DNA of 64,000 nucleotides from positions 96,001 through 160,000 of the forward strand of contig JAGSHN010000025.1 of NCBI GenBank assembly GCA_029855935.1, written 5' to 3'. Below, piece by piece: positions 37,351 through 48,179 of this stretch. The DNA is from Candidatus Thorarchaeota archaeon (GTDB taxonomy: Archaea; Asgardarchaeota; Thorarchaeia; Thorarchaeales; Thorarchaeaceae). The notes under the pieces were generated by a model. It was not told where the DNA came from and made no database searches. It worked only from the letters and a program-made list of their open reading frames with translations. Positions within the stretch are counted from its first letter, which is position 1; every line of letters starts with the position of its first letter. Both the position numbers and the translations under genes were made by a program.

Positions 37351-40062
37351 TCATATCACGAGCTTCTTCTTCTCTCTAGTCAACTCCTCTGCCTCTCTCA
37401 TCGCCTCGTCATAGATGTCGATTGGAAATCTATTGTGCAGCGGTGAGATTCTCGCTCCGAGTGCCACAGCCCCGTAGAACCTGCGCGAGAGCCATCCGAT
37501 GCCGCGCATCCTCACCATCTCCGAGGCGCGCTTGAACTCCGCCATTGTCCTGTCGTCCCAAGTGCCCGAGAGGCCGCTCACAAAGGAGTACACATACAGA
37601 GAGGGCAACGTGCCAAGGAAGAACAGCACGGCAGAGGAGAGGATGTCCCCAACGCCGCCCCAGATCACGCGCGCGACCATCTCAAGACATACGTAGTTCG
37701 CCACCGCTGCAATTGAGGGCCCGATATAGCTCTGCCAGACATAGAACTTCGGCGCCGAGATCGTACGCCGAATCAACACCCAGGCCACAATGTCCTTCAC
37801 AAACAGACCTATGCAGTATCCCACGATGATTCCAGGCATCCCTCCGAGATAGATGCCGAAGACTACCGGCTCCGTGACGACAAACCACGTCATTGCAACA
37901 GCACGAATCGACTGCTCAAGAATCCAAACTGCCGCAGCCAAGCCAGTCCGCTCAGCACCAGCGAACATCCAGTCTCCTAGCCAACTCCAGAATCCCAAGA
38001 CCTGAAACACAAGGAAGAACTGCAGCAGGACGGCGGCGTAGGCCCATTCAGGACCAGCCGCACCGAGTATCGCTCGAGCGCCAATTGCTGCGAGCATGGA
38101 GACCAGCCAGAAGACGAAGAAGGCGCCGTACTTGAGGCCCTGCGCCGTATAGAGCTCGGTGAGGCGCTTCTTGCCGTGTGAATAGGCCTCAGAGATGCCT
38201 CCGAGCATTCCCTCCATGAACAGACCCACAACACTGACCATGATGGCGAGATCCCACGCCAGTTGATACTGACCCTGCAGTGCAGACCAGTTGAGAAGAT
38301 GCGTGCTGATCAGGAGCATCTGGTAGAACCAGACCAGCGGAACGGCAGCGGCGCCGACCGTCCACTTAGCACCGAACTTCAGCGCCTTGGCGACCTGTTC
38401 GCGACCATAGTCTATTCGAAACAGGGTCGTCAGCTTGAGGCCGAGACGCCGGAAGAGAACGACAGAGACCCCGAACACCATCCACTCGGAGAGGTACGAC
38501 CCGATGGCCTGACCAATGGCTGCACCAAGAGCCTCTCCGAAGATGGGATTCTGGGCGCCCCACCAGCGAAAGATCATTATGAGCGAGTAAGGGCCGATGG
38601 TGTCAAAGACGATGTACTTGGCCACTGTGAGTATCTGTTGGTAGTCTATACGGTTCATCCCGCGAAAGACGTGAATGAGGAGTAGGGTGAAGCCCGGAAA
38701 CTGGAACAGCGAATGTGCGATAAAGACGTATGATAGATGTGCGAGATACGTGTGAGGAAAGACTATCGAGCCGATGAACGCAACAAGGGTGATCTGGACC
38801 ACGCCGGTGATGCACTGGAACCATATGAAAATCTGAGCGTACTTCACGGCCTCCTCGGGATGTTCGACTCTATACTCCGCGAAGTACTTGGCTAGTGCAA
38901 CACTGGTGCCCAAGTCGAACACGGTCCACAGACCAAGGAAGAGATTCACACTGAAGGAATACCAGCCAGCAGCCTGTGGGAAAGGCATCACATAGCGGGG
39001 GTAGATCATAATGGCCATCACGACTCGGGGGATGACTAGCAACAGCGTCACAAAGAGCTGTATCAGAAAACCACCCAGCTGGCGGTGCATACCCACTTCC
39101 TCCCACTCGTCAATCTCCTCCGAAACCTCGACGAGCAGCTCGGCCCGTTCCATCTCATCAAGTATCTCCCTGTGCCGTGCAGAGTAGCGCTTCATAGAGC
39201 GATACGAAACGGCAGTCAGGACGGCGATGGCGAACACGATGATACCGATGACCATCTGCTGCTCCGTGTGAGGGACGGGCGAGTATGCCCACTCGGCGTA
39301 GGTGAGCGGACTCCCGCCAGCCAGATAGACAGCAGACGAGTAGAGGAAGTAGTTGTAGTAGGGCCAGAGTGTGAGCTCCAGATTCGTCTGTGTCTCCTCG
39401 GCAGAGGCATTGACAGTCAGCCACGGAGTGAAGACCAAGACCTCACCAGAACCGACCCGGGATGACACGAGCAGGGGGACACCATAAGTCCCGAACCCTG
39501 TGTCGTTCGCGAGGAGAATCTCTGCGCCCGGCGCGACATTGGGAAGGACTGTGATCCTGTCAGTGGGCGGTGCAGAGGACCAGTCAAAGCTCATCACGGG
39601 ATGCTCCGTATTGACCATTCTCGTGACGATGGCAGCTCGCGGCCGACTCGCGGTCAGGTCGTTCGAGACAGTGACGCCCAGCTCAGACATTCCCGTGCCA
39701 TTGACCGTCATCTCGGGGCCCAGCAAGACCAACGCGCCGTGCCCGGATCCCAAGAAGGCCTGAAGCGAAGACACATCAGATGTGGAGAGAGGAGTATCCA
39801 CAATGACAAGAGCGTCAATATCACTGTCCCCCAGTGCCTCTTCGACTGTCGCGTGGCGGGCAAGTGAGATTGAGTTGTGGTCCAGCTCGAGGGCTGTGAC
39901 TACAGATGGTGCACGCTCGTAGCCGACAATTCCAACAGTCACGGGCGATGTGTCCTGAAGTGGCATTGTTGGTTGTGCGAGGACACTGGCCATGACGACA
40001 CCTGGCAGAGCCATCACGAAAAGAAAGAGTATCAGGGGTAGATAGGCAGACCGCGCGTGCAC
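37351..40062 (-). CDS. MOP/flippase-like multi-TM transporter fused to an N-terminal exported domain
   Basis: Signal peptide, ~240-aa soluble domain, then >12 TM with DLGTS.AL.KY.AEY and ISEAYS patterns. Confidence 0.78.
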   Translation of the reverse strand: MHARSAYLPLILFLFVMALPGVVMASVLAQPTMPLQDTSPVTVGIVGYERAPSVVTALELDHNSISLARHATVEEALGDSDIDALVIVDTPLSTSDVSSLQAFLGSGHGALVLLGPEMTVNGTGMSELGVTVSNDLTASRPRAAIVTRMVNTEHPVMSFDWSSAPPTDRITVLPNVAPGAEILLANDTGFGTYGVPLLVSSRVGSGEVLVFTPWLTVNASAEETQTNLELTLWPYYNYFLYSSAVYLAGGSPLTYAEWAYSPVPHTEQQMVIGIIVFAIAVLTAVSYRSMKRYSARHREILDEMERAELLVEVSEEIDEWEEVGMHRQLGGFLIQLFVTLLLVIPRVVMAIMIYPRYVMPFPQAAGWYSFSVNLFLGLWTVFDLGTSVALAKYFAEYRVEHPEEAVKYAQIFIWFQCITGVVQITLVAFIGSIVFPHTYLAHLSYVFIAHSLFQFPGFTLLLIHVFRGMNRIDYQQILTVAKYIVFDTIGPYSLIMIFRWWGAQNPIFGEALGAAIGQAIGSYLSEWMVFGVSVVLFRRLGLKLTTLFRIDYGREQVAKALKFGAKWTVGAAAVPLVWFYQMLLISTHLLNWSALQGQYQLAWDLAIMVSVVGLFMEGMLGGISEAYSHGKKRLTELYTAQGLKYGAFFVFWLVSMLAAIGARAILGAAGPEWAYAAVLLQFFLVFQVLGFWSWLGDWMFAGAERTGLAAAVWILEQSIRAVAMTWFVVTEPVVFGIYLGGMPGIIVGYCIGLFVKDIVAWVLIRRTISAPKFYVWQSYIGPSIAAVANYVCLEMVARVIWGGVGDILSSAVLFFLGTLPSLYVYSFVSGLSGTWDDRTMAEFKRASEMVRMRGIGWLSRRFYGAVALGARISPLHNRFPIDIYDEAMREAEELTREKKKLVI

Positions 40063-40230
40063 CTGCTCGCCTCCGGGTTGAAGGACCTCTGGCGCGGTGG
40101 CTAATATTCGTTCCTAGCGTAGGAGCACCAGTGTTCTGACTTCTCGCACCACTGGCAGAGCATACTTATGTACGGCGTTTTCATACGGAGACCGACAATG
40201 AACAATTCTAACAATGTGTGGTGACTGACC

Positions 40231-40842
40231 TTGATGGACAGGGGGTCGGCTCACGGCAAGTACCTGATATGCCTGGGAGTCCTCTGGTTGACGTTCCTCG
40301 TTGTGACAGCGCACATCATCACTCGACCCCCGACGACAGATTCGCCTGAATACCTGGCCATCTTCTCCGCTCGTCTAGTTCTCAACCTTGTTGTTGTAGC
40401 CGTTGGGTTGCTCTATGCGTGGATAGGCCGTCGCCTGTCGTCGCTCCCCATCGTAGTGGCGGGCATCGCAGTTGCCATAGTCCCACTGGCATTTGGAGGC
40501 AACACTACAGTCACCATCATCGTGGGCGTCCTGTTTATGCTGCTCATAATGGGAGCCAGAATCCCGTCGAACGAGTTGAACGTCCTAGAGACTACCCATA
40601 TGGGCAGGGTGATCTCCTACCTGCTAGTCATTGGTCCTACGGGATTCATCACTACTGCTATAGTATCAGTCGTCATCATGGCCCCTCTGGAAACTCTGGG
40701 TCTGCTCTTCATATACATCATAGTACTCGGATTGTTCTCAGTGCCTGTCGCCTACGTAGAGCGGGGCATCCAGTTCGTATCTGGCGACGACGACATCGGA
40801 TCGTATCCTGCAGACCATTCCACACACACGCTCAGCCTCTAG
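40231..40842 (+). CDS. Hypothetical membrane protein (~6 TM)
   Basis: Hydrophobic 203-aa ORF. Confidence 0.72.
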   Translation: MMDRGSAHGKYLICLGVLWLTFLVVTAHIITRPPTTDSPEYLAIFSARLVLNLVVVAVGLLYAWIGRRLSSLPIVVAGIAVAIVPLAFGGNTTVTIIVGVLFMLLIMGARIPSNELNVLETTHMGRVISYLLVIGPTGFITTAIVSVVIMAPLETLGLLFIYIIVLGLFSVPVAYVERGIQFVSGDDDIGSYPADHSTHTLSL

Positions 40843-40967
40843 GTCCACGCGTCTCCGCTCGCAGGCATCGTAGCCACATTGCCAAGATTGCAAGTGACGC
40901 GGCAACGTAGGGAACAGCTGCACGGTGAAACGCACCATACTTAAGAGGGCTGTCAGAAAAGAGTAGT

Positions 40968-42041
40968 ATGGGCCAGTGGGTGAATAGACTCTTCCACGGA
41001 GACAGCCTTGAAGTGATTAGTCAGTTGATGGAAGAGCTGAGAGGGAGGGTCAGGCTCATCTACATAGACCCGCCATTCTACACGGGGACGGACTACTCAA
41101 TCAGGAGAAAGAAGGGGGGTAGTGCCGCCGCTGCACCAGCAGTCGCGGAAACAGCGACATTCAGTGACCGATGGGACGGCGGCCTCGGGGAGTACATCTC
41201 GTTTCTCCGAGAGAGGCTTGAACCAATCCGGGAGATTCTCTCGGAGACAGGAAGCCTCTGGCTACATCTGGACTGGCACGTCAGCCACTATGCCAAAGTG
41301 ATGGCTGACGAGATCTTCGGACGGAGGAACTTTGTCAACGAGATCATCTGGAGAAGGACCAACAGTCCGAAGGCTCAGAGTGTTGGACTTGGTAGCCAGC
41401 ACGACACGATCCTCCTGTACGCGAGGGACAGAGCGAAGTTCAGACTCAAGCCCATATACAGAGAACACGATGCTCACTCGCTGAGGCCCTACAGATACAG
41501 GGATGAGAGAGGCAGATTCAGACTGATAGAGATCGAGGCTCACGGTATCCAGAGAAGCGCCTCAAGAAGACAGTTTGAGTGGCGCGGGAGGACCGCTCCC
41601 TATCTCTACAAGAGAGAGACCTTGGAGAAGTGGTGGAGGGAGGGATTGATCTACAGAAGCAGGAACGGCAGGTACTCAAAGAAGCAGTACCTCGATGAGA
41701 CGAGGGGTGTTCCGGTTTCAGACTTGTGGCTTGACATACCTCCGCTACAGGGGGCATCTGCGGAGTACACGGGCTTTCTCACTCAGAAGCCTGCTGCATT
41801 GCTGCGAAGGATCATAGAGTGCGCCAGCGACCCAGGGGACATAGTGGCCGACTTCTTTGTAGGCTCCGGCACCACTGCTGTCGTGGCTCAGGAGTTAGGC
41901 AGGCCGTGGGTCGCCTGCGACATCTCAGAGGCAGCCCTGGTAACCACGCAGGAGAGGCTCCTCAGCGTCTCAGACTCCACGCAATTCACCGTGATTGACC
42001 TGATGGCAAGGGACGAAGAGGAATCTTCAATTGTGTGTTGA
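40968..42041 (+). CDS. Beta-class N6-A/N4-C DNA methyltransferase (Mod-like), orphan
   Basis: LIYIDPPF (motif IV) precedes TQKP..LL.RII and DFFVGSGTT (motif I). Confidence 0.92.
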   Translation: MGQWVNRLFHGDSLEVISQLMEELRGRVRLIYIDPPFYTGTDYSIRRKKGGSAAAAPAVAETATFSDRWDGGLGEYISFLRERLEPIREILSETGSLWLHLDWHVSHYAKVMADEIFGRRNFVNEIIWRRTNSPKAQSVGLGSQHDTILLYARDRAKFRLKPIYREHDAHSLRPYRYRDERGRFRLIEIEAHGIQRSASRRQFEWRGRTAPYLYKRETLEKWWREGLIYRSRNGRYSKKQYLDETRGVPVSDLWLDIPPLQGASAEYTGFLTQKPAALLRRIIECASDPGDIVADFFVGSGTTAVVAQELGRPWVACDISEAALVTTQERLLSVSDSTQFTVIDLMARDEEESSIVC

Positions 42042-42062
42042 GTCTCGGGTGGGGGTCGGACA

Positions 42063-43352
42063 ATGATGGCTGAGAGTACGGAAGTGGCCACGAGGTTTGA
42101 GAGAGGAACGCTCGTTGCGAAGCTGTCCACAGCAGCAATGGTCTTCCTGACGGTCATCAAGGGGTATGTGGGCCTAGTGTATGGAAGTGTCGCACTTGTG
42201 GCCGATGCACTCAACTCCCTCTCAGATATTCTTGCCTCGGCGCTGATATGGTCCGGGCTTGTGATGGTGAGCAGACCTCCCAACGAGAGGTTTCCGTATG
42301 GATACTACCGCGTGGAGTCGATAGCCACGCTCCTCGTTTCCCTGATGATTGCCGCCTCCGGTGTTGAGATAGTGATTCAGGCGGTTCATAGGCTGCTCAA
42401 TCCCCAGCCGCTAGTGGATGCCGGAGTACCGCTTGTGGCTGCAGCGATATCTATGTTCACCTACTACATTCTCTCGGTCTACAAGAAGCGTGTGGGAAGG
42501 GACATAGGGAGTTCCAGCCTGGTTGCAGACAGTACTCACTCGATGGTGGACGTGTACGCCGGACTACTGGTGTTTGTGGGAATAGTCTTCTCATCGATGA
42601 AGATGTCGATAGTTGAGATTCTTGTGGCATTCGGACTTGGAGTCTACGTCATCCTGCAGGGTGCTGATTTCGCCAAGGGTGCTGTCCTTGCCCTGATGGA
42701 CGCCGGAGTGCGACCCGAGGTGGTCGACGAGGTCAAGAGAATAGCCGGACAGATAGACGGTGTGGTAGACGTCCACGATGTCAGGGTGAGATACGCCGGA
42801 CCCGTGTGCTTCGCTGAGATGCACCTCACGGTGACGCGCGACCTGACGATTGACGAGGCACACGAGATTGCCGACATTGTGGAGGAGAGGCTCCGTGAGA
42901 GAATTCCTGAGATGGAGACCGTGACGATACACACGGAGCCAGACGGGAGGGTCAGAAAGCGGCTTGGCGTCCCTGTGGACGGGGGCGAAGACCTCAACGC
43001 TACGGTGAGTCATCACTTCTCCAAAGCCCCCCGGTTTGTGATAGTTGAGGTGGGACCTGAGGGCGTCAGGAGTACACAGCCCATCGACAATCCGGCCGTC
43101 ACGATGGAGAAGAGAAGAGGGGTCACCACTGCTAACGTGCTGACACAGAAACACGTCACCGCAATCGTCGTGGACAGAATAGGGGAGGGACCATTCGACA
43201 TCCTTCAGGGGAGGCACATCGTGATATACGCACTCCCAGAGGGCGCCACGACAGTGGGGCAAGTGGTGGAGGCCTATCTTGAGGGACGCCTGAAACGACT
43301 GAGGTCCCCAACGCAGACCCACGACCAGCAAGTGCCGCACGAGGGTGAGTAG
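42063..43352 (+). CDS. Cation diffusion facilitator with C-terminal NifB/NifX-like domain
   Basis: ALVADALNSLSD, FPYGYYRVE, EAHEIAD, IHTEP, then VSHHFSKAPRF...IGEGP. Confidence 0.9.
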   Translation: MMAESTEVATRFERGTLVAKLSTAAMVFLTVIKGYVGLVYGSVALVADALNSLSDILASALIWSGLVMVSRPPNERFPYGYYRVESIATLLVSLMIAASGVEIVIQAVHRLLNPQPLVDAGVPLVAAAISMFTYYILSVYKKRVGRDIGSSSLVADSTHSMVDVYAGLLVFVGIVFSSMKMSIVEILVAFGLGVYVILQGADFAKGAVLALMDAGVRPEVVDEVKRIAGQIDGVVDVHDVRVRYAGPVCFAEMHLTVTRDLTIDEAHEIADIVEERLRERIPEMETVTIHTEPDGRVRKRLGVPVDGGEDLNATVSHHFSKAPRFVIVEVGPEGVRSTQPIDNPAVTMEKRRGVTTANVLTQKHVTAIVVDRIGEGPFDILQGRHIVIYALPEGATTVGQVVEAYLEGRLKRLRSPTQTHDQQVPHEGE

Positions 43353-43423
43353 AACACTCTCGAGACCAATGCCCAAAAGAACGGCATAGAGCCAGTGAAA
43401 CAGACGATGCCGCGACTGTCTCG

Positions 43424-44158
43424 TCACATCAGATCCTTGATCTTGCGGATGGCTCCGCCTGGAGCAACGCCCTTGGGGCAGACCCGTACGCAGTTCATGA
43501 CAAGGTCACATAGTGGTGCCCCATTCGGTGCCTTTGCCGCTTCAAGATAACGTTCCGGCTCGGCGACCCTAGTGTCATTGTAGAACCGCCACGCCTTGGC
43601 CAGTGCGGCAGGACCGACATACTCCGGATGCTCCGCATTGACGGGACACGAGCCGTAGCACAACGCACATAGAATGCAGTTGACGTACCGGCTGATGCGC
43701 TGCCGGTCCTCTGGACTCTGACTGCGAGGGCTATCACCCTCTTCGGGCTCGACCCATAGACGCATCTTGCGGAGAGCCTTGAAGAATGGCTCCATGTCCA
43801 CGACGAGGTCCTTCAGGAGGGGCAGGTTCGGCAGCGGCTCCACCAACACCTCGTTCTTCGGGTCCCATCCGGAGGGGATATTCTCAAGAGCAGAAAAGGG
43901 ACGCAGTCTGACTGACAGATCTGGGAGTTCCAGTATCTGGGTTCTACAGGCCAGCATTGGGACCTTGTTGATCAGCATCGCACAGCTGCCGCAGACAGCG
44001 CCCCTGCACGAGTATCTGAATGCCAGTGACGGGTCCATCAGGTCCTGAATCTGAAACAAGGCGTCAAGGACCGTCATACCCTTCTCAGCACTGACCTTGT
44101 AGAGGTCATAGTGGGTCACCTGGCCACCCTTGCGACTTCTGGCAACACGGAACATCAT
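43424..44158 (-). CDS. sdhB: Succinate dehydrogenase/fumarate reductase Fe-S subunit
   Basis: SCRGAVCGSC, CILCALCYGSCP, CDLVMNCVRVCP. Confidence 0.94.
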   Translation of the reverse strand: MMFRVARSRKGGQVTHYDLYKVSAEKGMTVLDALFQIQDLMDPSLAFRYSCRGAVCGSCAMLINKVPMLACRTQILELPDLSVRLRPFSALENIPSGWDPKNEVLVEPLPNLPLLKDLVVDMEPFFKALRKMRLWVEPEEGDSPRSQSPEDRQRISRYVNCILCALCYGSCPVNAEHPEYVGPAALAKAWRFYNDTRVAEPERYLEAAKAPNGAPLCDLVMNCVRVCPKGVAPGGAIRKIKDLM

Positions 44159-45838
44159 CTAGTACGTCCTCTCCTTTACCTCGAATCTTCCCAGTGTCAC
44201 ATCCTTGTATGTGACTTTCAGTCCCTCAGCGGTCTTTGTTATTAGCGTGTGCTTGAGGAACCTCTTGTCATCGCGTGCAGGAAAGTCGGTTCTCCAGTGT
44301 GCTCCCCGGCTCTCCTCGCGCTTCAGTGCCCCCAGTACTATCGTTTCGGCAAGGTCCAGCATATTGCCAAGCTCAAGAGTTCGAATGAGGGCGTAGTTGA
44401 ACCGCTCATCACTATCACCGAGTGCCACCTTCTGGTAGCGCTCTCTCAATCGACCGATCTCTCTGAAGGCGTGGGTCAGCCCCTCAGCGTCTCTGAAGAC
44501 ACCAGCATACTCATCCATAGCCCTGTGCATTGCCTTCCGAATGGTGGCCGGACTCTCACCTCGTTCCCGCATCAGGATACGCTGTAGCCGTTGACGCTCT
44601 GAGAAAACCTGTTCGTCCACTGCTGCGGAGTCGGGAGAAGACGCAGACTTGAGATATTCGCCAACAGCCTGACCGACGACGCGCCCGAAGACAAGGGTCT
44701 CCAGCAGAGAGTTGCCGCCAAGACGATTGGCACCGTGGACACTCATACACGCCGTCTCACCGACTGCATAAAGCCCGGACAGGACGGTCTCCCCGCGCAC
44801 ATTGCAATCAATGCCACCCATCGAGTAGTGCTGACCCGGTACAACAGGGATAGGCTCGTCAATCGGATCGATGCCCGCAAAGTGAATGCATATCTCACGG
44901 ATGCCGGGCAGACGCTCCTTTATCCTGTCAGCACCGAGATGACGGAGATCGAGATGTACATAGCCATCCTCGAATCCACGACCCTCGATTATCTCAGTTC
45001 TGATGGCCCTGGCAACTATGTCTCTGGGTGCGAGCTCCATCTTCTCGGGGGCGTACCGTTGCATAAACCGCTCTCCATCTGCATTCAGCAGATGACCACC
45101 CTCACCGCGCGCGCCCTCAGTGATGAGAATGTTCGAGCCATACAGTGTAGTGGGATGGAACTGGACAAACTCCATGTCCTTCAGCGGAACGCCCGTACGC
45201 AGACAGACGGCCGCACCGTCGCCCGTGTTGATCAGTGCATTGGTCGAGTTGCCGTAGATTCTCCCGAATCCGCCCGTCGCTATGACAACCGCACGGGCGC
45301 CTATACCATGTACCTGACCCGTAGGTATCTTGAGGGCCGTGACACCGCACACACGATCGCCACACCTCACCAGTGAGGTGACGAACCACTCCTCGTAGAA
45401 GTGTACTCCTCTACGAAGCGCCTGCTCATATGTGGTGTGAAGCAGATTGTGGCCAGTCCTGTCAGCAGCGTAGCAGGTCCTTGGAAATCCGGCGCCACCA
45501 AAGGGGCGCTGCGCAATCCTGCCATCCGGTGTCCGTGAGAAGGCTGTGCCCCATCTCTCGTTCTCAATCACAGCAAGGGGAGCATTCCTCGCAAGCACCT
45601 CGACTACGTCCTGGTCGGCGAGATAGTCTGATCCCTTGACAGTGTCGAACGCGTGGCTCTCCCACGAGTCGTCGGGACGGAGAGCAGCATTGATTCCGCC
45701 CTGAGCAGCAACCGAGTGTGACCTGAGTGGATGCACCTTTGTCAGAACAACAACGTCGAAGCTGTCTGCCAGCTCTATCGCCACGCGCAGACCGGACAGG
45801 CCAGCACCGACCACCACTACGTCATGAAGATAGTCCAT
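44159..45838 (-). CDS. sdhA: Succinate dehydrogenase/fumarate reductase flavoprotein
   Basis: GAGLSG, RSHSVAAQGGI, QFHPT, EGARGEGG, HGANRLGGNSL. Confidence 0.95.
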   Translation of the reverse strand: MDYLHDVVVVGAGLSGLRVAIELADSFDVVVLTKVHPLRSHSVAAQGGINAALRPDDSWESHAFDTVKGSDYLADQDVVEVLARNAPLAVIENERWGTAFSRTPDGRIAQRPFGGAGFPRTCYAADRTGHNLLHTTYEQALRRGVHFYEEWFVTSLVRCGDRVCGVTALKIPTGQVHGIGARAVVIATGGFGRIYGNSTNALINTGDGAAVCLRTGVPLKDMEFVQFHPTTLYGSNILITEGARGEGGHLLNADGERFMQRYAPEKMELAPRDIVARAIRTEIIEGRGFEDGYVHLDLRHLGADRIKERLPGIREICIHFAGIDPIDEPIPVVPGQHYSMGGIDCNVRGETVLSGLYAVGETACMSVHGANRLGGNSLLETLVFGRVVGQAVGEYLKSASSPDSAAVDEQVFSERQRLQRILMRERGESPATIRKAMHRAMDEYAGVFRDAEGLTHAFREIGRLRERYQKVALGDSDERFNYALIRTLELGNMLDLAETIVLGALKREESRGAHWRTDFPARDDKRFLKHTLITKTAEGLKVTYKDVTLGRFEVKERTY

Positions 45839-45901
45839 CGTATCGACCTCGACCGAGATGAGAAGTCTATGCAAATGGCCTATTAGGCGTTTCCGGAGGG
45901 C

Positions 45902-47287
45902 TCACACCATCTTGCGGGGGTCGAGCAGCTCGTCCAGACCCTCCACCTCAAGGCCCATTTCTTCTACGACCTTGCGTACGCTGTGGCCCGACCTCAGAGC
46001 CTCCTGTGCGATCTCCGCCGCCTTGTCGTATCCGATGACCGGTGCAAGACGGGTCACAATCATCAAGTCTTGATCGAGCGTCTGCTCGATTCGTTCGGTG
46101 TTTGGCTTAAGGCCATTGAGGCACCTCTCAGCAAAGGACACCATGGCATTGCTCAGGATGTGAAGGGACTCGATGATCGCAGTGATGATGAGGGGCTTGG
46201 CCACGTTGAGATCGAGATTACTGAGGACGCCCTCACCAAGGGAGATACAGAGGTCGTTCGCCATCACCCTCAGACACACCTGCGCCAACATCTCGGCCTG
46301 AGTTGGGTTGACCTTTCCAGGCATGATTGACGAGCCGGGCTCATTCTCTGGCAGAACCAGCTCCGCCAGACCAGCTCGTGGCCCCGAGGCCATCAACCGG
46401 ATGTCATTGGCCATCTTCAGCAGGGCAAGGGCGAGTGACCGCAGAGCGCCGCCCAGCCGGGCAAAGACGTTATGCGAGGCGATGGCCTCGGCCCTCAGGC
46501 CAGACGCGCGAAGAGGCAGTCCGGTCTCCTTCTCAAGATGACGCACGACAGTCTCGCCGAAGTCCTCTGGCGCATTCAATCCCGTGCCAAGGGCGGTCCC
46601 GCCAATCGGTAGAACAGACAGGTCGTCCCGCACGTGCTGAATGCCTGCTAGAGCGGAGAGCACATGATGGTGGTACACTCTGAACTCCATAGCCAGTGGT
46701 ATCGGCACGGCGTCCTGAAGATGGGTACGCCCCACCTTCACGATCCCCTGGAACTCCTCAATTTTCTTCTCAAGCACATGTATGAGATGTTCAGCCCCCG
46801 GGATGAGGTCGTCCGACAACATCTCAAGAGCACAGAGATGCATGGCAGTCGGTATCACATCATTCGACGACTGGCTCATATTCACGTGATCATTGGGGTG
46901 GACTGGCGACTTGGTTCCAAGAGGCTGCCCAAGTATCTCGTTTGCCCGGTTTGCCACGACCTCATTCATATTCATGTTTGTCTGAGTCCCAGAGCCGCTC
47001 TGATAGATGTCCACCGGGAACTGACTGAGGAGTTTCCTCTCCTCGATTATCTCGTCCAGTGCCTCAAGAATCGCCTGACCGAGCTCAGGATCCAATCTAC
47101 CCAGCTCCATATTGGCCAGCGCGCACGCCCTCTTGACGCGGGCGAGGGCAATGATGAATCTCTCAGGCAGCCCCTTGCCGCTTATGTCAAAGTTCTGCCG
47201 CGCACGCTCCGTGACAGCCCCCCAGTATGCGTGAGCGGGGACCCTCACCGGTCCAAGAGAGTCCCTCTCCTCGCGTTCCCGTCTCAT
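45902..47287 (-). CDS. fumC: Class II fumarate hydratase
   Basis: GSGTQTNMN, HPNDHVN, GRTHLQDA, GSSIMPGKVNP. Confidence 0.94.
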   Translation of the reverse strand: MRREREERDSLGPVRVPAHAYWGAVTERARQNFDISGKGLPERFIIALARVKRACALANMELGRLDPELGQAILEALDEIIEERKLLSQFPVDIYQSGSGTQTNMNMNEVVANRANEILGQPLGTKSPVHPNDHVNMSQSSNDVIPTAMHLCALEMLSDDLIPGAEHLIHVLEKKIEEFQGIVKVGRTHLQDAVPIPLAMEFRVYHHHVLSALAGIQHVRDDLSVLPIGGTALGTGLNAPEDFGETVVRHLEKETGLPLRASGLRAEAIASHNVFARLGGALRSLALALLKMANDIRLMASGPRAGLAELVLPENEPGSSIMPGKVNPTQAEMLAQVCLRVMANDLCISLGEGVLSNLDLNVAKPLIITAIIESLHILSNAMVSFAERCLNGLKPNTERIEQTLDQDLMIVTRLAPVIGYDKAAEIAQEALRSGHSVRKVVEEMGLEVEGLDELLDPRKMV

Positions 47288-47312
47288 TGTGAGTCCCCCG
47301 GTCAGCTGACCA

Positions 47313-48179
47313 TCACACTCGCAGACGGTCGATGATCTCCTCCAGCAATTTCAGGTCGGTCGCGTGGTCGCGAAGGCGCCCCTCGGGGACGGAGAGCCCC
47401 TCGATGAGCAGTGGCCCCTCTCCACGGTAGAAGACCCCCACTGGAATACGTTCGCTGCTATCCATTGCACGCTGTAGCGCAGCAATGCGGTCGCTGGGAT
47501 CATGACCATCCTCTTCTAGCCGATAGATGCGTTCGTTGTAGTAGCGCCACGTGAGCTTTCGGTTCCACGTGACGCACGGCTGGATGATGTCCAGCACGGC
47601 AAAGCCGCGATGCGTGATGGCCTCCTTCATCAGCCCGACCAGTGACTTCTGATCTCCGGCGTAGCCTCGCGCAACAAAGGTGGCACCTGCAACTATCGCG
47701 TGAGCGACACCGTTCACCGGGTCCATAGGCGCGCCCGGTGGCGGCGGCGAGGTCTTTGAGACGTATCCGCGCGGCGATGAGGGCGAGTACTGGCCCTTTG
47801 TCAGAGCGTTGACGCCGTTGTTGTGAACGAACACCGCAATATCGACATTCCTCCGGGCTGCGTGAATGAAATGGCCCAGACCCTCGGCGTAGCAGTCGCC
47901 GTCACCAGTATGTACTATGATACGCAGGTCCCGGTTGGCCATCCGCAGACCAGTCGCTACCGGGATTGGCCGACCGTGAAGAGTGTGGAAGGAGTTCAGG
48001 TTGATGTAGTGCGGGGTCTTGCCTGAACATCCGATGCCCGAAACGAGGACGTAGTCATGACGCGGGATGTCCAGCTCCATCACAGCCTTCTTCAGTGCTG
48101 CGAGTATGCCGAAGTTTCCGCACCCTGTACACCACGTGATCTTCTGCGGCGGTGCGAGCTCTTCTGCTGTGATTGTCAC
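47313..48179 (-). CDS. 2-oxoacid:ferredoxin oxidoreductase beta subunit
   Basis: WCTGCGNF, SGIGCS, HGRP, GDGD...NN TPP motif, QPCVT. Confidence 0.94.
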   Translation of the reverse strand: MTITAEELAPPQKITWCTGCGNFGILAALKKAVMELDIPRHDYVLVSGIGCSGKTPHYINLNSFHTLHGRPIPVATGLRMANRDLRIIVHTGDGDCYAEGLGHFIHAARRNVDIAVFVHNNGVNALTKGQYSPSSPRGYVSKTSPPPPGAPMDPVNGVAHAIVAGATFVARGYAGDQKSLVGLMKEAITHRGFAVLDIIQPCVTWNRKLTWRYYNERIYRLEEDGHDPSDRIAALQRAMDSSERIPVGVFYRGEGPLLIEGLSVPEGRLRDHATDLKLLEEIIDRLRV

